Source: an uncultured Anaerolineaceae bacterium (GTDB lineage Bacteria > Chloroflexota > Anaerolineae > Anaerolineales > DRKV01). From it: a stretch of DNA of 62,256 nt. The notes beneath the pieces were generated by a model. It saw nothing but the letters and a program-made list of their open reading frames with translations, searched no databases and had not been told where the DNA came from. Shown piece by piece: positions 17,694 to 27,624 of this stretch (positions are counted from its first letter, which is position 1; each line of letters begins with the position of its first letter). The stretch is from positions 1-62,256 of the forward strand of contig CAZGDA010000002.1 in assembly GCA_964524425.1 (NCBI GenBank), given 5' to 3'. The position numbers were made by a program, and so were the translations under genes.

Positions 17694-18810
17694 CCTGTAA
17701 TGTGGCTTTCAAGTGTGCGATTAATTCGTATATAGAATAAAACTCTTCCACGCCGCTGCTTTCAGCGCCGCTGCTTTCAGCGCCGCTGCTTTCAGCGCCA
17801 TTTCCTTCAGAAACGCGCCAGCGGCGTTCCCCGTTGCCGTTGAGCACTTCCACCTGGGTGGGATAGAAATCGTTCCCTTTTCCCGTGCGCCGGGAGATGC
17901 GGAAACCTTCGCGTTGCAAAGCGCGCAAAGTCCACAATGCGCTCAGCCCGTGCCCAACCAGATGAATTTCAGGTCCGGCGATGGTGGGTGGCAGAAAAGC
18001 GCCGCTGCGGCGGTCAAAGATGGCGGAGGTTTGCTGCACGGACGTGTGAGTGAAGGCTGCTTCCAGCCTGCCGTTCAACACCAGGTCTTCTGGCGCGCCC
18101 ATCGCCAGCGCTGCGGCGGACGGAGTGCGCGCCAACACCCAGAGCGTGTCGGCGCTGCGCAGTGCCAGGTCAAGGTCGTGCGTGGAGAGTAAAATTGCTT
18201 TCCCTTCTTCTCGCGCCAGGCTCTTGAGCGTGTGCATGATTTCCACCCGGTGGGGCAGATCGAGAAATGCGGTCGGCTCATCCAGGATGATGATTTCTGC
18301 TTGCTGGGCTAAAGCACGCGCGATCATCACTTTTTGGCGTTCACCGTCGCTGAGTTGGTGTAGGTTGCGCCCTGCCAGAGCAGCAGCGCCAACTGCCTGC
18401 AACGCCCATCGCACCACAGTCTCGTCTGTTTTGCTCAACCTGCCGCTCCAATCCGTATAAGGGTAGCGTCCTAACCCTGCCAGGTCAAAAGCAGTTAAAG
18501 CCTCGCTTTCCACGCGCTCCGTGAGAACAATACTGATACGCCTGGCGAGACTGCGCCCATCCAGGTTGGTTAATTCCACCCAATTCCCGTCAGGAGCGTT
18601 CTTAAGCAGGATGTGCCCATGGAGAGGATTTTGCAATCCAGCCAGGGTACGCAGAAGAGTGGATTTTCCAGCTCCGTTTGCGCCCACCAGACACACCATC
18701 TCGCCGCGCCGTAATGGGACGGATAGTCCGCTGGCGAGAACGTGCTCCTTTCTCCCTCGAACCGCATATCCAATCGTCAAGTCTTCGCTGCGCAATAAGA
18801 CGTCGTTCAT
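17683..18810 (-). CDS. ABC transporter ATP-binding protein (FepC/BtuD class) with a ~110-aa C-terminal extension
   Basis: Walker A 'GANGAGKST', signature 'LSDGERQKV', Walker B 'IIILDEPTAFLD'. Start placed at 'MNDVLLRSEDL' (18810), which forms an ATGA overlap with the permease stop. The longer ORF to 19110 overlaps the permease. Confidence 0.85.
   Translation of the reverse strand: MNDVLLRSEDLTIGYAVRGRKEHVLASGLSVPLRRGEMVCLVGANGAGKSTLLRTLAGLQNPLHGHILLKNAPDGNWVELTNLDGRSLARRISIVLTERVESEALTAFDLAGLGRYPYTDWSGRLSKTDETVVRWALQAVGAAALAGRNLHQLSDGERQKVMIARALAQQAEIIILDEPTAFLDLPHRVEIMHTLKSLAREEGKAILLSTHDLDLALRSADTLWVLARTPSAAALAMGAPEDLVLNGRLEAAFTHTSVQQTSAIFDRRSGAFLPPTIAGPEIHLVGHGLSALWTLRALQREGFRISRRTGKGNDFYPTQVEVLNGNGERRWRVSEGNGAESSGAESSGAESSGVEEFYSIYELIAHLKATLQVRS
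17751..17800. repeat. Perfect 15-bp tandem repeat, 3.3 copies (CGCCGCTGCTTTCAG), in frame within the 3' end of the ABC ATPase gene
   Basis: Read directly: copies at 17751-17765, 17766-17780 and 17781-17795, plus a partial copy. Encodes (GAESS)x3 on the minus strand. Confidence 0.95.
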
Positions 18811-19898
18811 GGCAATCCCGCGCCTTTCCATTGATGTTGCCGTAACAACACCCAAATGACCACCGGCGCGCCGAGCAGAGCCGTAACCGCGTTGAGAGGC
18901 AAAACAGCGCTGCCAGGTAACTGCGACACCCAATCTGCCAGCAAGGCGAGGATAGCCCCTAGCACACATACGGCGGGAATGAGCCTGCGATGATTGGAAG
19001 TGCGCAAGATGCCGCGGCAGAGATGCGGCACGGCTAAACCGAGGAAGGCGACCGGACCGCAAAAAGCAGTAACCACGCCAGCAAGCAGGGATGTGCTGAA
19101 TAAAATCCACAGCCGCGCCCGGCGGGTATGCAATCCCATGCTGCGCGCGTAGGTTTCACCCAACAAAAAGGCATCAAGCGGCTTGGCAAGCGCAAAAGCA
19201 GCTGCCAAGCCTGTCAGCAAGACCGGTGCCATAACCTTCATCTCCGACCAGGTTACTCCCCCAAAACTGCCAAACGACCAGGCAAGGTAGGCTTGCACGC
19301 GTTCTGGAATGCTGAAATAAAACAACAGGCTAACCAGTGCGCCGGTGATGTAGCTAAACATAATGCCAAGAATGAGAAGTTGTAACACACTGCGTCCGCG
19401 CCGCGCCACGGATAAAATTACGCCCAGAGAAAGCGCCGCGCCGATGCTGGCTGCTGCGGCGACGCTTAAATCACCGCTCAAATCCAACCCAGCCAACAGA
19501 AAAGAACCGCTGGTGCCCACGTTGAGCAGCAGCAAAGCCACGCCCAGGCTGGCGCCTGAACTCACCCCCAGAATGTACGGGTCGGCGAGGGAGTTACGAA
19601 ACAGGGTCTGCATTTGCAAGCCGCTCACAGACAGCGCACAGCCTGCCAACACCGCCGTAAGCGCCTTGGGCAGGCGAAAATCGAGCAAGATAATCCCCCA
19701 CGCCGGGCGGGCAGCCTCCTGTCCGCTTAAGATTCTCAGCACCTCCTGCACTGGAATGTGCACCGCGCCGAAGGTGAGGCTGAGCAGAAAGCAAATCACC
19801 AGCAACGCGCTCAAGCCAGGCATAAGCCAGATGGCTCTCCCGCCGCCTTCGTCCGGCGCGGGCGTCTGCTGTGCTGGGGGAAAAGGTAAACGACTCAT
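18807..19898 (-). CDS. FecCD/BtuC family ABC permease (cobalamin/siderophore type)
   Basis: 363 aa, ~9-10 TM. 'RNSLADPYILGVSSGASLG' and 'RLWILFSTSLLAGVVTAFCGPVAFLGLAVPHLCR' are typical FecCD motifs. Confidence 0.88.
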   Translation of the reverse strand: MSRLPFPPAQQTPAPDEGGGRAIWLMPGLSALLVICFLLSLTFGAVHIPVQEVLRILSGQEAARPAWGIILLDFRLPKALTAVLAGCALSVSGLQMQTLFRNSLADPYILGVSSGASLGVALLLLNVGTSGSFLLAGLDLSGDLSVAAAASIGAALSLGVILSVARRGRSVLQLLILGIMFSYITGALVSLLFYFSIPERVQAYLAWSFGSFGGVTWSEMKVMAPVLLTGLAAAFALAKPLDAFLLGETYARSMGLHTRRARLWILFSTSLLAGVVTAFCGPVAFLGLAVPHLCRGILRTSNHRRLIPAVCVLGAILALLADWVSQLPGSAVLPLNAVTALLGAPVVIWVLLRQHQWKGAGLP

Positions 19899-21175
19899 TG
19901 TGTGAAAGATTCCACCTGGCGGTAATAATAGAGGCTGTGTTGCGGGAGGAGGTCTGGATGGAATATTTTGATTAAGTCCGCCAGAATGACATCCGGGTTG
20001 GCAGTGCCGCCCTCAAAAAAATCGTTGCCGCCGCTGCTGCTGAGACGGGCATTGTTGTTATAGATGCGCCCGTTTTGAAACGCAGAAAATCTTCCATAAC
20101 GCTCGTCCTCTTGAAGCAGCGCCTTCGCGCTGCTTGTATAGTCGCTCAGAATCCAGTACTGGGCATCAGCGGCGCGCTCCAGCACCTGTTCGAAACTCAT
20201 CATAATGGTAGCGCTAGAGGAGTCGTCTGCCCACAGGTAATCTGCTCCGGCGTCTGCGAGCAGGCGCGCCATATAACTCTGCCCGCCAGCCATGTACCAG
20301 GTGCCCTGGTATTCAGCGTTAAGGAAAACACTGGGTTTATTTTCCACTTTGGCTGCCAGAGCGCGCAAGCGTTGATACGTTTCGGCGCGCCCGGCAAACT
20401 CCTGTTCTAAAACGGCTTCTTTATTCAAGAATAATGCAATGAATTTACCCCACTCCGCCCTGCCTAAAGGAGAGGGTTCGGCGTGCTCGGCGGCTAACGC
20501 TACTTTCAAGTTGGCTTTGACCAGTTTGGGAAAGGCGTCGTAATCCGGAACGCCGGAATTATACGCCAGCACCAGGTCGGGCTGCAAATCCAGCGCCTTC
20601 TCCACATTCACCCCCGAACCGGCTCCCACAATTGCTATCTTACCTTCTTCAACCCTTTGCCTCACAATGGGATTGCTAACAAAAGCGGCGTCATCTATGC
20701 CAATAATTTTATCCAGCGCCCCCGCCTGCTCCAGAAACGGCAGATATGTAGTGGACATGACGAGCAAGGATTTCACCGGAACGGTGTATATCTCTTTCTC
20801 GTCAAAGCCTGGCGGGGTAGGCGTACCGCATTGCACCAGGACGTAACGCAGGCTTTTCTGTCCCGCCTGGGTAACAGTTACAACTTTATAGTTGCGCTGA
20901 TATTCCACCTGAAAACCGGACGCATATTCCAGGTGCGCTTTTTGGGGAAAATAATCCACGTCAGGGGAATAAACCTGCACGCACTGGTCGGTGAGATTAC
21001 CTGCGCTCGCTGCCTCAGCGCCCGTTGCCTCTGCGCTCGCTGCCTCTGCTGGCGCGGCTTCAGATTGCGCTGCGGCGGGTGCAGCGGGTTGAGCAGGTTG
21101 TGGAACGCAACCCGCTATCCCCAGCGCCATCACCAGCACAAACACGTTGCAGCATTGTATCCATCGAAAATTCAT
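19895..21175 (-). CDS. Periplasmic-binding-protein (BtuF/FhuD class) lipoprotein with an Ala/Glu-rich linker
   Basis: Start at 'MNFRWIQCCNVFVLVMALGIAGC' (signal peptide plus lipobox). 'KIIGID...' and 'LQPDLVLA' are motifs of class III substrate-binding proteins. The upstream ORF extension to 21382 runs through the riboswitch. Confidence 0.8.
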   Translation of the reverse strand: MNFRWIQCCNVFVLVMALGIAGCVPQPAQPAAPAAAQSEAAPAEAASAEATGAEAASAGNLTDQCVQVYSPDVDYFPQKAHLEYASGFQVEYQRNYKVVTVTQAGQKSLRYVLVQCGTPTPPGFDEKEIYTVPVKSLLVMSTTYLPFLEQAGALDKIIGIDDAAFVSNPIVRQRVEEGKIAIVGAGSGVNVEKALDLQPDLVLAYNSGVPDYDAFPKLVKANLKVALAAEHAEPSPLGRAEWGKFIALFLNKEAVLEQEFAGRAETYQRLRALAAKVENKPSVFLNAEYQGTWYMAGGQSYMARLLADAGADYLWADDSSSATIMMSFEQVLERAADAQYWILSDYTSSAKALLQEDERYGRFSAFQNGRIYNNNARLSSSGGNDFFEGGTANPDVILADLIKIFHPDLLPQHSLYYYRQVESFTQ

Positions 21176-21205
21176 CTTGTAAGTGTCCGTCCTTTCCTTG
21201 TCAAT

Positions 21206-21420
21206 CAAAAAACCCAGCTTGTGGACAAGTTGGGTTTTTTCGGGCGATGGGATTGAGCAGCGCTTTCCCTCCTTGTCGCGAGAAGGGGTAGAGCAAAACA
21301 ACGAGACAGGCTGCCTGGCTTCCGCGGCTGTATAGTACAGCTCTCTTGCGGTTACAGTTGCGGCACAGCACTGGACTTGCACCAGTTTTCGCCATTACAC
21401 CCTGGCATCCGGGCTTACGG
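21206..21420 (-). promoter_or_regulatory. Cobalamin (B12) riboswitch with a terminator expression platform, upstream of the btuFCD-like operon
   Basis: The minus-strand RNA contains GGUGCAAGUCCAGUGCUGUGCCGCAACUGUAACC (conserved core) and a B12-box-like GAAGCCAGGCAGCCUGUC. The terminator AAAAAACCCAACUUGUCCACAAGCUGGGUUUUUU (21206-21240) lies just before the binding-protein gene. Confidence 0.72.
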
Positions 21421-21623
21421 GTTGCCTCGTGTGGGTCTTACCTTTTATTCTTTTGTTAAGAGAAATTATACCACAATTGAGTATGCCCTGTCTGACGCGT
21501 GCAGCCAGGATACCTCGCCCTTCCCAAAATCATCGTCTGCCGTCCGTCTATCATGCACTCGCCATAGGATAATTTCCACAATTCATTTTGTACAGCATTC
21601 TTTCCCTTAAAATGTCTGGCTGG

Positions 21624-21652
21624 TTGACTCCTTGCTTGTGGAATATTATAAT
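21624..21652 (+). promoter_or_regulatory. Near-consensus promoter for the second degV gene
   Basis: TTGACT (21624-21629), 17-nt spacer, TATAAT (21647-21652). Confidence 0.5.
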
Positions 21653-21697
21653 TACTTACAGTTGCATATCCTGTCACTAGTCATAACGGAGTCAAAT

Positions 21698-22546
21698 TTG
21701 ATCAAGATCATCACAGATAGCACCTGCGATATTCCCGATTCCCTTGTGGAACAATACGGAATTACCATCGTCCCTCATATTGTCATCTGGGGAGAAGAAC
21801 AATATCGAGACCGGGTTGATCTGCAACCAGACGAATTCTACCGGCGTTTGGCTGTAGACTCTCAGCGTCCCACCTCCTCCCAGGCTGGAATCCCCGACTT
21901 TCAGCAAGCCTACGAAAAAGCTGCCAGCCAGGGAGCCACCGAGATCATCGTCCTAACCGTCAGCAGCGCCATGAGCGGCGCCTATCAAATGGCTTTGAGC
22001 GCTGCTAAAATGGTAAAATTCCCAGTCCACGTTATCGATTCAAAAGGACCAACCATGAGTCTGGGCTGGCAGGCACTAGCCGCAGCGCGCGCCTACGCCG
22101 CCGGTGCAGACGTAAACGGTATTATTGACCGTGTTGAGCAGGTGCGTAAAAAGCTGGTGCAGCTCGTGTGTATGAACACGTTGGAATACCTCCAAAAAGG
22201 GGGTCGCATCGGAGATGCGGTTAAATGGGTGGGCAGCCTCTTGCAGGTAAAACCGCTCGTTTCTATCAATCACCAAACCGGAAGGGTTGAGCCGGTGAGC
22301 CTCTCCAGAACGCGCAAATCCGTCATTGAAACAATGTACAGCAAATTCTTCGAGTTCCTAAAAGACGGCAAAAACCTTCACGTTGCCGTCTTGCACGGCA
22401 ACGACAGAGAAAAAGCCGTCGAGTTAGCCGAACGTATTCAAGCCGAATACAACCCCATCGAATTGCTCATCAACATCACCGGACCCGTACTGGGCATCAA
22501 CACCGGTCCTGGGGCGCTGGCGCTGTGCGGTTACACAGAAGACTGA
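21698..22546 (+). CDS. DegV family protein (second FakB paralog)
   Basis: 'IKIITDSTCDIPDSLVEQYGITIVP' is a DegV N-terminus. TTG 21698 is preceded by GGAG. The longer ORF from 21632 adds an implausible leader. Confidence 0.8.
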   Translation: MIKIITDSTCDIPDSLVEQYGITIVPHIVIWGEEQYRDRVDLQPDEFYRRLAVDSQRPTSSQAGIPDFQQAYEKAASQGATEIIVLTVSSAMSGAYQMALSAAKMVKFPVHVIDSKGPTMSLGWQALAAARAYAAGADVNGIIDRVEQVRKKLVQLVCMNTLEYLQKGGRIGDAVKWVGSLLQVKPLVSINHQTGRVEPVSLSRTRKSVIETMYSKFFEFLKDGKNLHVAVLHGNDREKAVELAERIQAEYNPIELLINITGPVLGINTGPGALALCGYTED

Positions 22547-22604
22547 CCCTTTCCATCGCAAAACCCCTCTGGAAGCGCTTTGCTGGCGGCTCACCTGGGC
22601 GCCT

Positions 22605-23429
22605 TCAGGGCATCTCTCCCCGCGCCAACTGCTTCTGGATTTCTCGCAAGGCGTCCAATAAATCCCAAATCCCGTCAACCACGTAATGCGCGCCGGCGTT
22701 ATACAACGCCGTCTCCGCTTGCTCGCGTGCCTCCTCGCGCTGCTCCTCCGTCATCGCCTTCACTTCATCCTCACGCAAACCTACCAAATTACCGCTCAGA
22801 GAGAGACCCACACTCCACATTCCGGCGTTCAAACCCTCCTCAATGTCCGGCAATGTATCTCCCACTTTGACAATCGCCTCCATGGGATAAACCCCCAGTT
22901 GCATCGCATTTTGGAAGCACATCCACGGGTATGGTCTCCCGGCTGGCACTTCGTCAGGGCAAACGATACAATCGGGCACGTACCCGTATTTTGCCGCTTC
23001 AGGAGCAAGAATGTCCATCATCGCCCGCACGTAACCGGTCGTTGAACCTACCCTTATCCCTTGCGCGTGTAATTCGCCCACCACTTCCACAACGCCAGGA
23101 ATAGGTTGGGCGTAATCTGCCAGCACGGACATCTGCATCGGGATAAAATTCTCAAACAAGTCTTCAACGTCCGTTTCCGTCGCCGGCGCGCCATGGACTT
23201 CTTGCCAGGCTTTTGCCACCGCAGGGCGCGCCAAAATTGTGCGCAGATGGTCTTTCTTCATCAACCCCATACCAGAACGAGCATCCTCCGCCGCGATGTT
23301 TACACCCCGGCTCGCAAACAGGCGCAAGAAAACCGCCGTCGGTGCAAAAGAACCGTAATCCACCGCCGTTCCAGCCCAATCTAATATCACTGCCTTGATC
23401 CGCCCCCGGTATAAATGTCTATAATCCAT
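22605..23429 (-). CDS. phnX: Phosphonoacetaldehyde hydrolase (phosphonatase)
   Basis: 'IKAVILDWAGTAVDYGSFAPTAVFLRLFASRGVNI...ARSGMGLMKKDHLR' carries the HAD motif I plus the Schiff-base Lys region typical of PhnX. Confidence 0.9.
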   Translation of the reverse strand: MDYRHLYRGRIKAVILDWAGTAVDYGSFAPTAVFLRLFASRGVNIAAEDARSGMGLMKKDHLRTILARPAVAKAWQEVHGAPATETDVEDLFENFIPMQMSVLADYAQPIPGVVEVVGELHAQGIRVGSTTGYVRAMMDILAPEAAKYGYVPDCIVCPDEVPAGRPYPWMCFQNAMQLGVYPMEAIVKVGDTLPDIEEGLNAGMWSVGLSLSGNLVGLREDEVKAMTEEQREEAREQAETALYNAGAHYVVDGIWDLLDALREIQKQLARGEMP

Positions 23430-23435
23430 TTTTTT

Positions 23436-24599
23436 TTATTCCTCAACTTCGATTAAGTTCAAGTTAATATTCATTTCCCGTAACGTATCCGCGATGGCTG
23501 CCATGAGCGCCTGCACGTCGCTTTCTTCCAATCGTCCGATATGTCCAATCCGAAAACAATCTGCATGGCTGAGTTTTCCAGGGTAAATCACGTGTCCCTT
23601 TTCACTCAGACGTCTGTAAAATTCTTGAAAATCAAAATTGGGACGGTCTGGATAATAAAACGAGCTGATAATATAACCCCGCTTCTTGGCTTCAAGAAAA
23701 GGTCGGAAACCCATTTTCTGCATCGCTGCCAGGGTAATTTGATAATTGCGTTTATAACGCTCCCCGCGCCCCAAAACACCACCCTCCTCCTCCAATTCAA
23801 TCAACGCCTGCCGGAAGGCTAAAATCGCGTGCGTGGGCGGCGTGAAGCGGAATTGCCCGTCCTTTTCCAATCCTTCCCATTGCGCCAACAGGTCAAGCGA
23901 TAAAGTGCGCGCGAAACCGCGCGTTGCCATCAGGGCATCTTTCCGCGCCAGCACAAATGAAAACCCTGGCACACCTTCGATGTTTTTATTGGATGAGGAA
24001 ATCAGATAATCAATTCCCCACCTTTTCATATCCAGCGGATATGCGCCAAAACTGCTCATCGCATCTACGATGTAACCCCGACCTTGCCTGCCCACGATCT
24101 CACCATACACGTCAATGGGATTGATAATCCCGGTCGTTGTTTCGCAATGCACAACCGCCACGTGTGTAATGCATGGATCAGCCGCCAGGGCATCTTCTAA
24201 CAATTTCCCCTCAAGGGTAGAATCTTCCTCGCAGCGCAGCGCGACGCAAGGGATACGCTGCACCTCCGCCATCTTAAACATACGCTCGCCGTACGCCCCG
24301 TTGATCAGCACCAGCAATTTCCCATCCCCAGGAATCACTGAGGATATCACCGCCTCAATTCCAAACGTACCGCTGCCTTGAACCAGTACTGCGCTGTATT
24401 CATTTTCGTCTCCGCCGCCCAACACAACCAGTCTGTGCCTGATCTCACGCACAATCCCGATGAACATCTCGTCGCGCGAGCCAAGATCGCGCAGCATGGC
24501 TTGCTTTACGCTACGGCTGGTAGTCAACGGACCGGGGGTAAAAAGGGCTTTATCTTTCCAGGAAGTCAGATATTTATTTAAATTCATTGTGTTACTCAT
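23436..24599 (-). CDS. phnW: 2-aminoethylphosphonate--pyruvate transaminase
   Basis: '[25 protein letters not shown]' and '[15 protein letters not shown]' (PLP lysine region). Adjacent to phnX. Confidence 0.9.
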   Translation of the reverse strand: MSNTMNLNKYLTSWKDKALFTPGPLTTSRSVKQAMLRDLGSRDEMFIGIVREIRHRLVVLGGGDENEYSAVLVQGSGTFGIEAVISSVIPGDGKLLVLINGAYGERMFKMAEVQRIPCVALRCEEDSTLEGKLLEDALAADPCITHVAVVHCETTTGIINPIDVYGEIVGRQGRGYIVDAMSSFGAYPLDMKRWGIDYLISSSNKNIEGVPGFSFVLARKDALMATRGFARTLSLDLLAQWEGLEKDGQFRFTPPTHAILAFRQALIELEEEGGVLGRGERYKRNYQITLAAMQKMGFRPFLEAKKRGYIISSFYYPDRPNFDFQEFYRRLSEKGHVIYPGKLSHADCFRIGHIGRLEESDVQALMAAIADTLREMNINLNLIEVEE

Positions 24600-24601
24600 T
24601 C

Positions 24602-26419
24602 TCAGCGAGATTTCCAGGCTTGTGTGCGCCGCGTGATGCCATACATTATCAGGTCATACAACCAGCGCACGCCCACGCTGGTTAGAATCACCAGCACCGA
24701 CATTGCTGCCGCCGCAGCCGTATCCCCGGCGTCGTCCATATTTACAATTGCAACCGAAGCCAGCTTCAAGCGCGGAGAATACAAGAAAATTACCGCAGAA
24801 ACGGTAACCATGGCGTTTACAAAATAATACATCGCCATTTCCAAAACAGCCGGCAGGCTGAGCGGAACGGTTACCCTCCAAAACGTTTTATAAAACGGCA
24901 CTCCCAGGGATTCGGAAACGGACTCAAATTCACGGTCTATCTGCTTCAAAGCTGTGGTAGCCGTCATAAAACTCACCGTATAAAAATGAACCACGTTCGC
25001 CAGCACCAGAATTGCCATCGTGCCGTATAAAAAGGAAAAAGGATTTGGGATCACCAGAGCGCCAATTTTCCAGCGCAAAGGATTAAAAAAGAAAATGTAC
25101 GCCAGCCCAATCACCATGCCGGGTAAAGCGACCGGAATCATCGAGAAGAAATAAGCCACGGCGCGCCCCGCTTTGAAAGGCTTTAATTTATCTATCAAAT
25201 AAGCAGATAAAAACGTGATGGCTGTGCCTGCCAGGGCAGAATAAAACGACATGCGCACACTGTTCCAAAACGCACCATACCCCCCGCCGCCAACGGTGGA
25301 AAAATCAAAATGTTGCAAAGTCAGGTTTAATTTATAAGGCCACAACTCCACCAGGGAAGCCAGAAAGACAGTGGCAATAACAGAAAACACCGCCAGGGTG
25401 ACGAAAATACAATACGCAAACGCCGCACTATCCAACCAGCGCCGCGGTTTCGGCTGGAACGGCACCGAGCGTGCCGATAGCGACGCTGCTTGTTGCTGTT
25501 GTACGAGACGGTCTATAATAAACGCGATCACAGTAGGGATGAGTAAAAGAATACTGATCGTTGCGCCCATTTCAAAGTTTTGCTGACCGATGACCTGTTT
25601 ATAAATATCCGTTGCCAGCACATTATAATTTCCACCCACCACCTTGGGAACCCCAAAATCTGTGAACACCAGCGTATATGTTACAAAAATGGCGCTCACC
25701 AATCCAAATTTCAAGCTGGGCAGGGTTACGGTAAAGAACGTGCGTAAAGGAGAAGCCTGCAAAGTCTCGCTGGCTTCATAAAGGCGCGCATCTGCCAGGC
25801 TGGCTGCCACCATTAATATCATCACCGCTTGTGGAAAGACGTACAGGAATTCTCCCAAGACTATCCCATTAAATCCATACAGGTGAATGTCCCAGCCCTG
25901 CCAGCCAAGTGTTCCAGCGAAAAGCCCGCCAAAACCGGTGGTGATCAACCCCTTCCGTCCGAAAAGGTAGACCAAGCCAATCCCGTGTGCCAACGGTGGC
26001 ACGTACAAAGGCAACATGGCAGCCAGGAGAAAGAAACGCTTCCAGGGTATGCACGTGCGTGTCAGCGCATACGCGTACCCAAACGCCAGCGTTACTGCCA
26101 ATCCAGTGGTTATAATGGAAACAGCCATACTGTTAGAAAAAGAAAGCGAAAGAGCAGGGGTGCTAAAATAGCGCTGGTAATTTGCCAACCCCGCCCAATT
26201 TCCGTTTCTATCCGCCAGGCTGCGTTGGATTAATGGAACAAGCGGAAAAATGATCCCCACCAAAAGCCAAATCACCACCAACAGAATCAACATACGTTGC
26301 AAATGCGTCTCAGAAACTTCCAAACCCAAAACCTTTGCAGGCGCGCTGGGCATCTTACCCGTGTTCATCACCCGCCCTTGCACACTGTACTCTTTGTCAG
26401 AAAAGGATTTTTCGCTCAT
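24602..26419 (-). CDS. Fused two-domain ABC permease of the 2-aminoethylphosphonate / Fe(III)-type importer
   Basis: 605 aa, ~12 TM, with duplicated binding-protein-dependent transport domains. ATGA overlap with the ATPase gene stop. Confidence 0.85.
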   Translation of the reverse strand: MSEKSFSDKEYSVQGRVMNTGKMPSAPAKVLGLEVSETHLQRMLILLVVIWLLVGIIFPLVPLIQRSLADRNGNWAGLANYQRYFSTPALSLSFSNSMAVSIITTGLAVTLAFGYAYALTRTCIPWKRFFLLAAMLPLYVPPLAHGIGLVYLFGRKGLITTGFGGLFAGTLGWQGWDIHLYGFNGIVLGEFLYVFPQAVMILMVAASLADARLYEASETLQASPLRTFFTVTLPSLKFGLVSAIFVTYTLVFTDFGVPKVVGGNYNVLATDIYKQVIGQQNFEMGATISILLLIPTVIAFIIDRLVQQQQAASLSARSVPFQPKPRRWLDSAAFAYCIFVTLAVFSVIATVFLASLVELWPYKLNLTLQHFDFSTVGGGGYGAFWNSVRMSFYSALAGTAITFLSAYLIDKLKPFKAGRAVAYFFSMIPVALPGMVIGLAYIFFFNPLRWKIGALVIPNPFSFLYGTMAILVLANVVHFYTVSFMTATTALKQIDREFESVSESLGVPFYKTFWRVTVPLSLPAVLEMAMYYFVNAMVTVSAVIFLYSPRLKLASVAIVNMDDAGDTAAAAAMSVLVILTSVGVRWLYDLIMYGITRRTQAWKSR

Positions 26420-27504
26420 ACAACCGGCGTCGTGGTAGATGGATATATCCGCAGAGAATGCGGCGGGAAATAAACAGGCACTTCCATTCCTTCAAGGATT
26501 GCCTCACCGCGCCCGCTTTCTGGCGGCATGTAAGCAATCATCCTGCTGTCTTGTCCAAGCTGTAAATGCAGACGGTAGAACGGACCGATGAATTCCACTT
26601 CGTGCACGCGTGCCCGCAGCACGTTTTCTTTTTGTCCATTTTGCAACACCTGCACTTTCTCTGGGCGTATCGCCAAGGTTACCGCCTGACCGACAGCCTG
26701 TCCAAATTCTCCTTCAAGAGTCAAAGCCTGATTCCCAATTTCAATCTGCTTTGTCCCCTTTCCCGAAACAACACCTGGGATGAAATTCATCAACCCGACA
26801 AAATCTGCCACAAACGGCGTCGCTGGATGATGGTAGATATCTTCCGGCGCGCCCACCTGGACAATTTTCCCTTTCTCCATCACCACCACGCGGTCTGCCA
26901 TGGTCAGGGCTTCTTCCTGGTCGTGGCTCACCATTACAGTCGTTACTCCCAGTTGGCGCTGCAAACGGGCAATTTCAATGCGCAAATTCGCCCGCACGCG
27001 CGCATCCAGGGCGGAAAGCGGTTCGTCCAGCAACAACAAATCCGGGGATATCGCCAACGCCCGCGCCAAAGCCACTCGTTGCTGCTGACCACCGCTCAGT
27101 TGCGCCGGGTAGCGTTCACCATAATCTTCTAGTCCCACCAGTTCCATCATTTCATGTACACGGGCTTTGATTTTCTCCCTGGCTTCGCGGCGGTTTTCCA
27201 ACCCATAGGCGATGTTTTGGAACACGGTTAAATTGGGAAACAAGGCATACGACTGAAATACAATCCCAAAATTGCGCTTGGAGGGCGGTAAATGGGTTAC
27301 CTCCCGACCAGCTTGAAGAATTTTCCCACTGGTTGGCTCCTCCAACCCGGCAATGATGCGTAGCAACGTGGTTTTTCCGCACCCGCTCGGTCCCAATAAG
27401 AAGATAAACTCCCCTTCCAAAACGTCTAAAGAGACTTGTTCCAGCGCGCGTGCGCGCTCGAACCTTTTACTGACAGATTGAATTTGCAGATACGCTTTTG
27501 TCAT
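26416..27504 (-). CDS. phnT: ABC ATP-binding protein (PotA/PhnT class) of the 2-AEP importer
   Basis: 'GPSGCGKTT', '[15 protein letters not shown]', '[11 protein letters not shown]' and a C-terminal TOBE-like region. Start at '[15 protein letters not shown]' (GGAG upstream) is preferred. An alternative ATG at 27528 lies inside a hairpin arm. Confidence 0.85.
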   Translation of the reverse strand: MTKAYLQIQSVSKRFERARALEQVSLDVLEGEFIFLLGPSGCGKTTLLRIIAGLEEPTSGKILQAGREVTHLPPSKRNFGIVFQSYALFPNLTVFQNIAYGLENRREAREKIKARVHEMMELVGLEDYGERYPAQLSGGQQQRVALARALAISPDLLLLDEPLSALDARVRANLRIEIARLQRQLGVTTVMVSHDQEEALTMADRVVVMEKGKIVQVGAPEDIYHHPATPFVADFVGLMNFIPGVVSGKGTKQIEIGNQALTLEGEFGQAVGQAVTLAIRPEKVQVLQNGQKENVLRARVHEVEFIGPFYRLHLQLGQDSRMIAYMPPESGRGEAILEGMEVPVYFPPHSLRIYPSTTTPVV

Positions 27505-27516
27505 ATCACTCCATAA

Positions 27517-27558
27517 CGCGACATTCATGCCACCCTATCTGATAACATGAATGTCGCG
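27517..27558 (-). promoter_or_regulatory. Intercistronic 13-bp perfect stem-loop between phnS and phnT
   Basis: CGCGACATTCATG (27517-27529) and CATGAATGTCGCG (27546-27558) with a 16-nt loop, read directly. Confidence 0.6.
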
Positions 27559-27624
27559 GCGTTGTTTTACACAAACGCTAACGTCACACCAAGGCTGCGG
27601 GATGACCTTTAAAAATACGTTTGT

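Noticed and set aside
17683-19110. 475-aa version of the ABC ATPase ORF with a 100-aa Arg/Cys-rich N-terminal extension
   Set aside because: The extension overlaps the 3' end of the permease gene in another frame and has non-protein-like composition. 'MNDVLLRSEDL' at 18810 forms a classic ATGA stop/start overlap.
20990-21080. Imperfect ~30-bp repeats (CTGCGCTCGCTGCCTC x2) as a possible CRISPR or mobile-element signature
   Set aside because: They encode the low-complexity Ala/Glu/Ser linker of the lipoprotein. There are only two copies, no spacers and no cas genes. No CRISPR array exists anywhere in the window.
21176-21395. N-terminal extension of the binding-protein ORF to 21382, and the 64-aa ORF 21201..21395
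   Set aside because: Both run through the cobalamin riboswitch and its terminator. The signal peptide and lipobox start at 21175.
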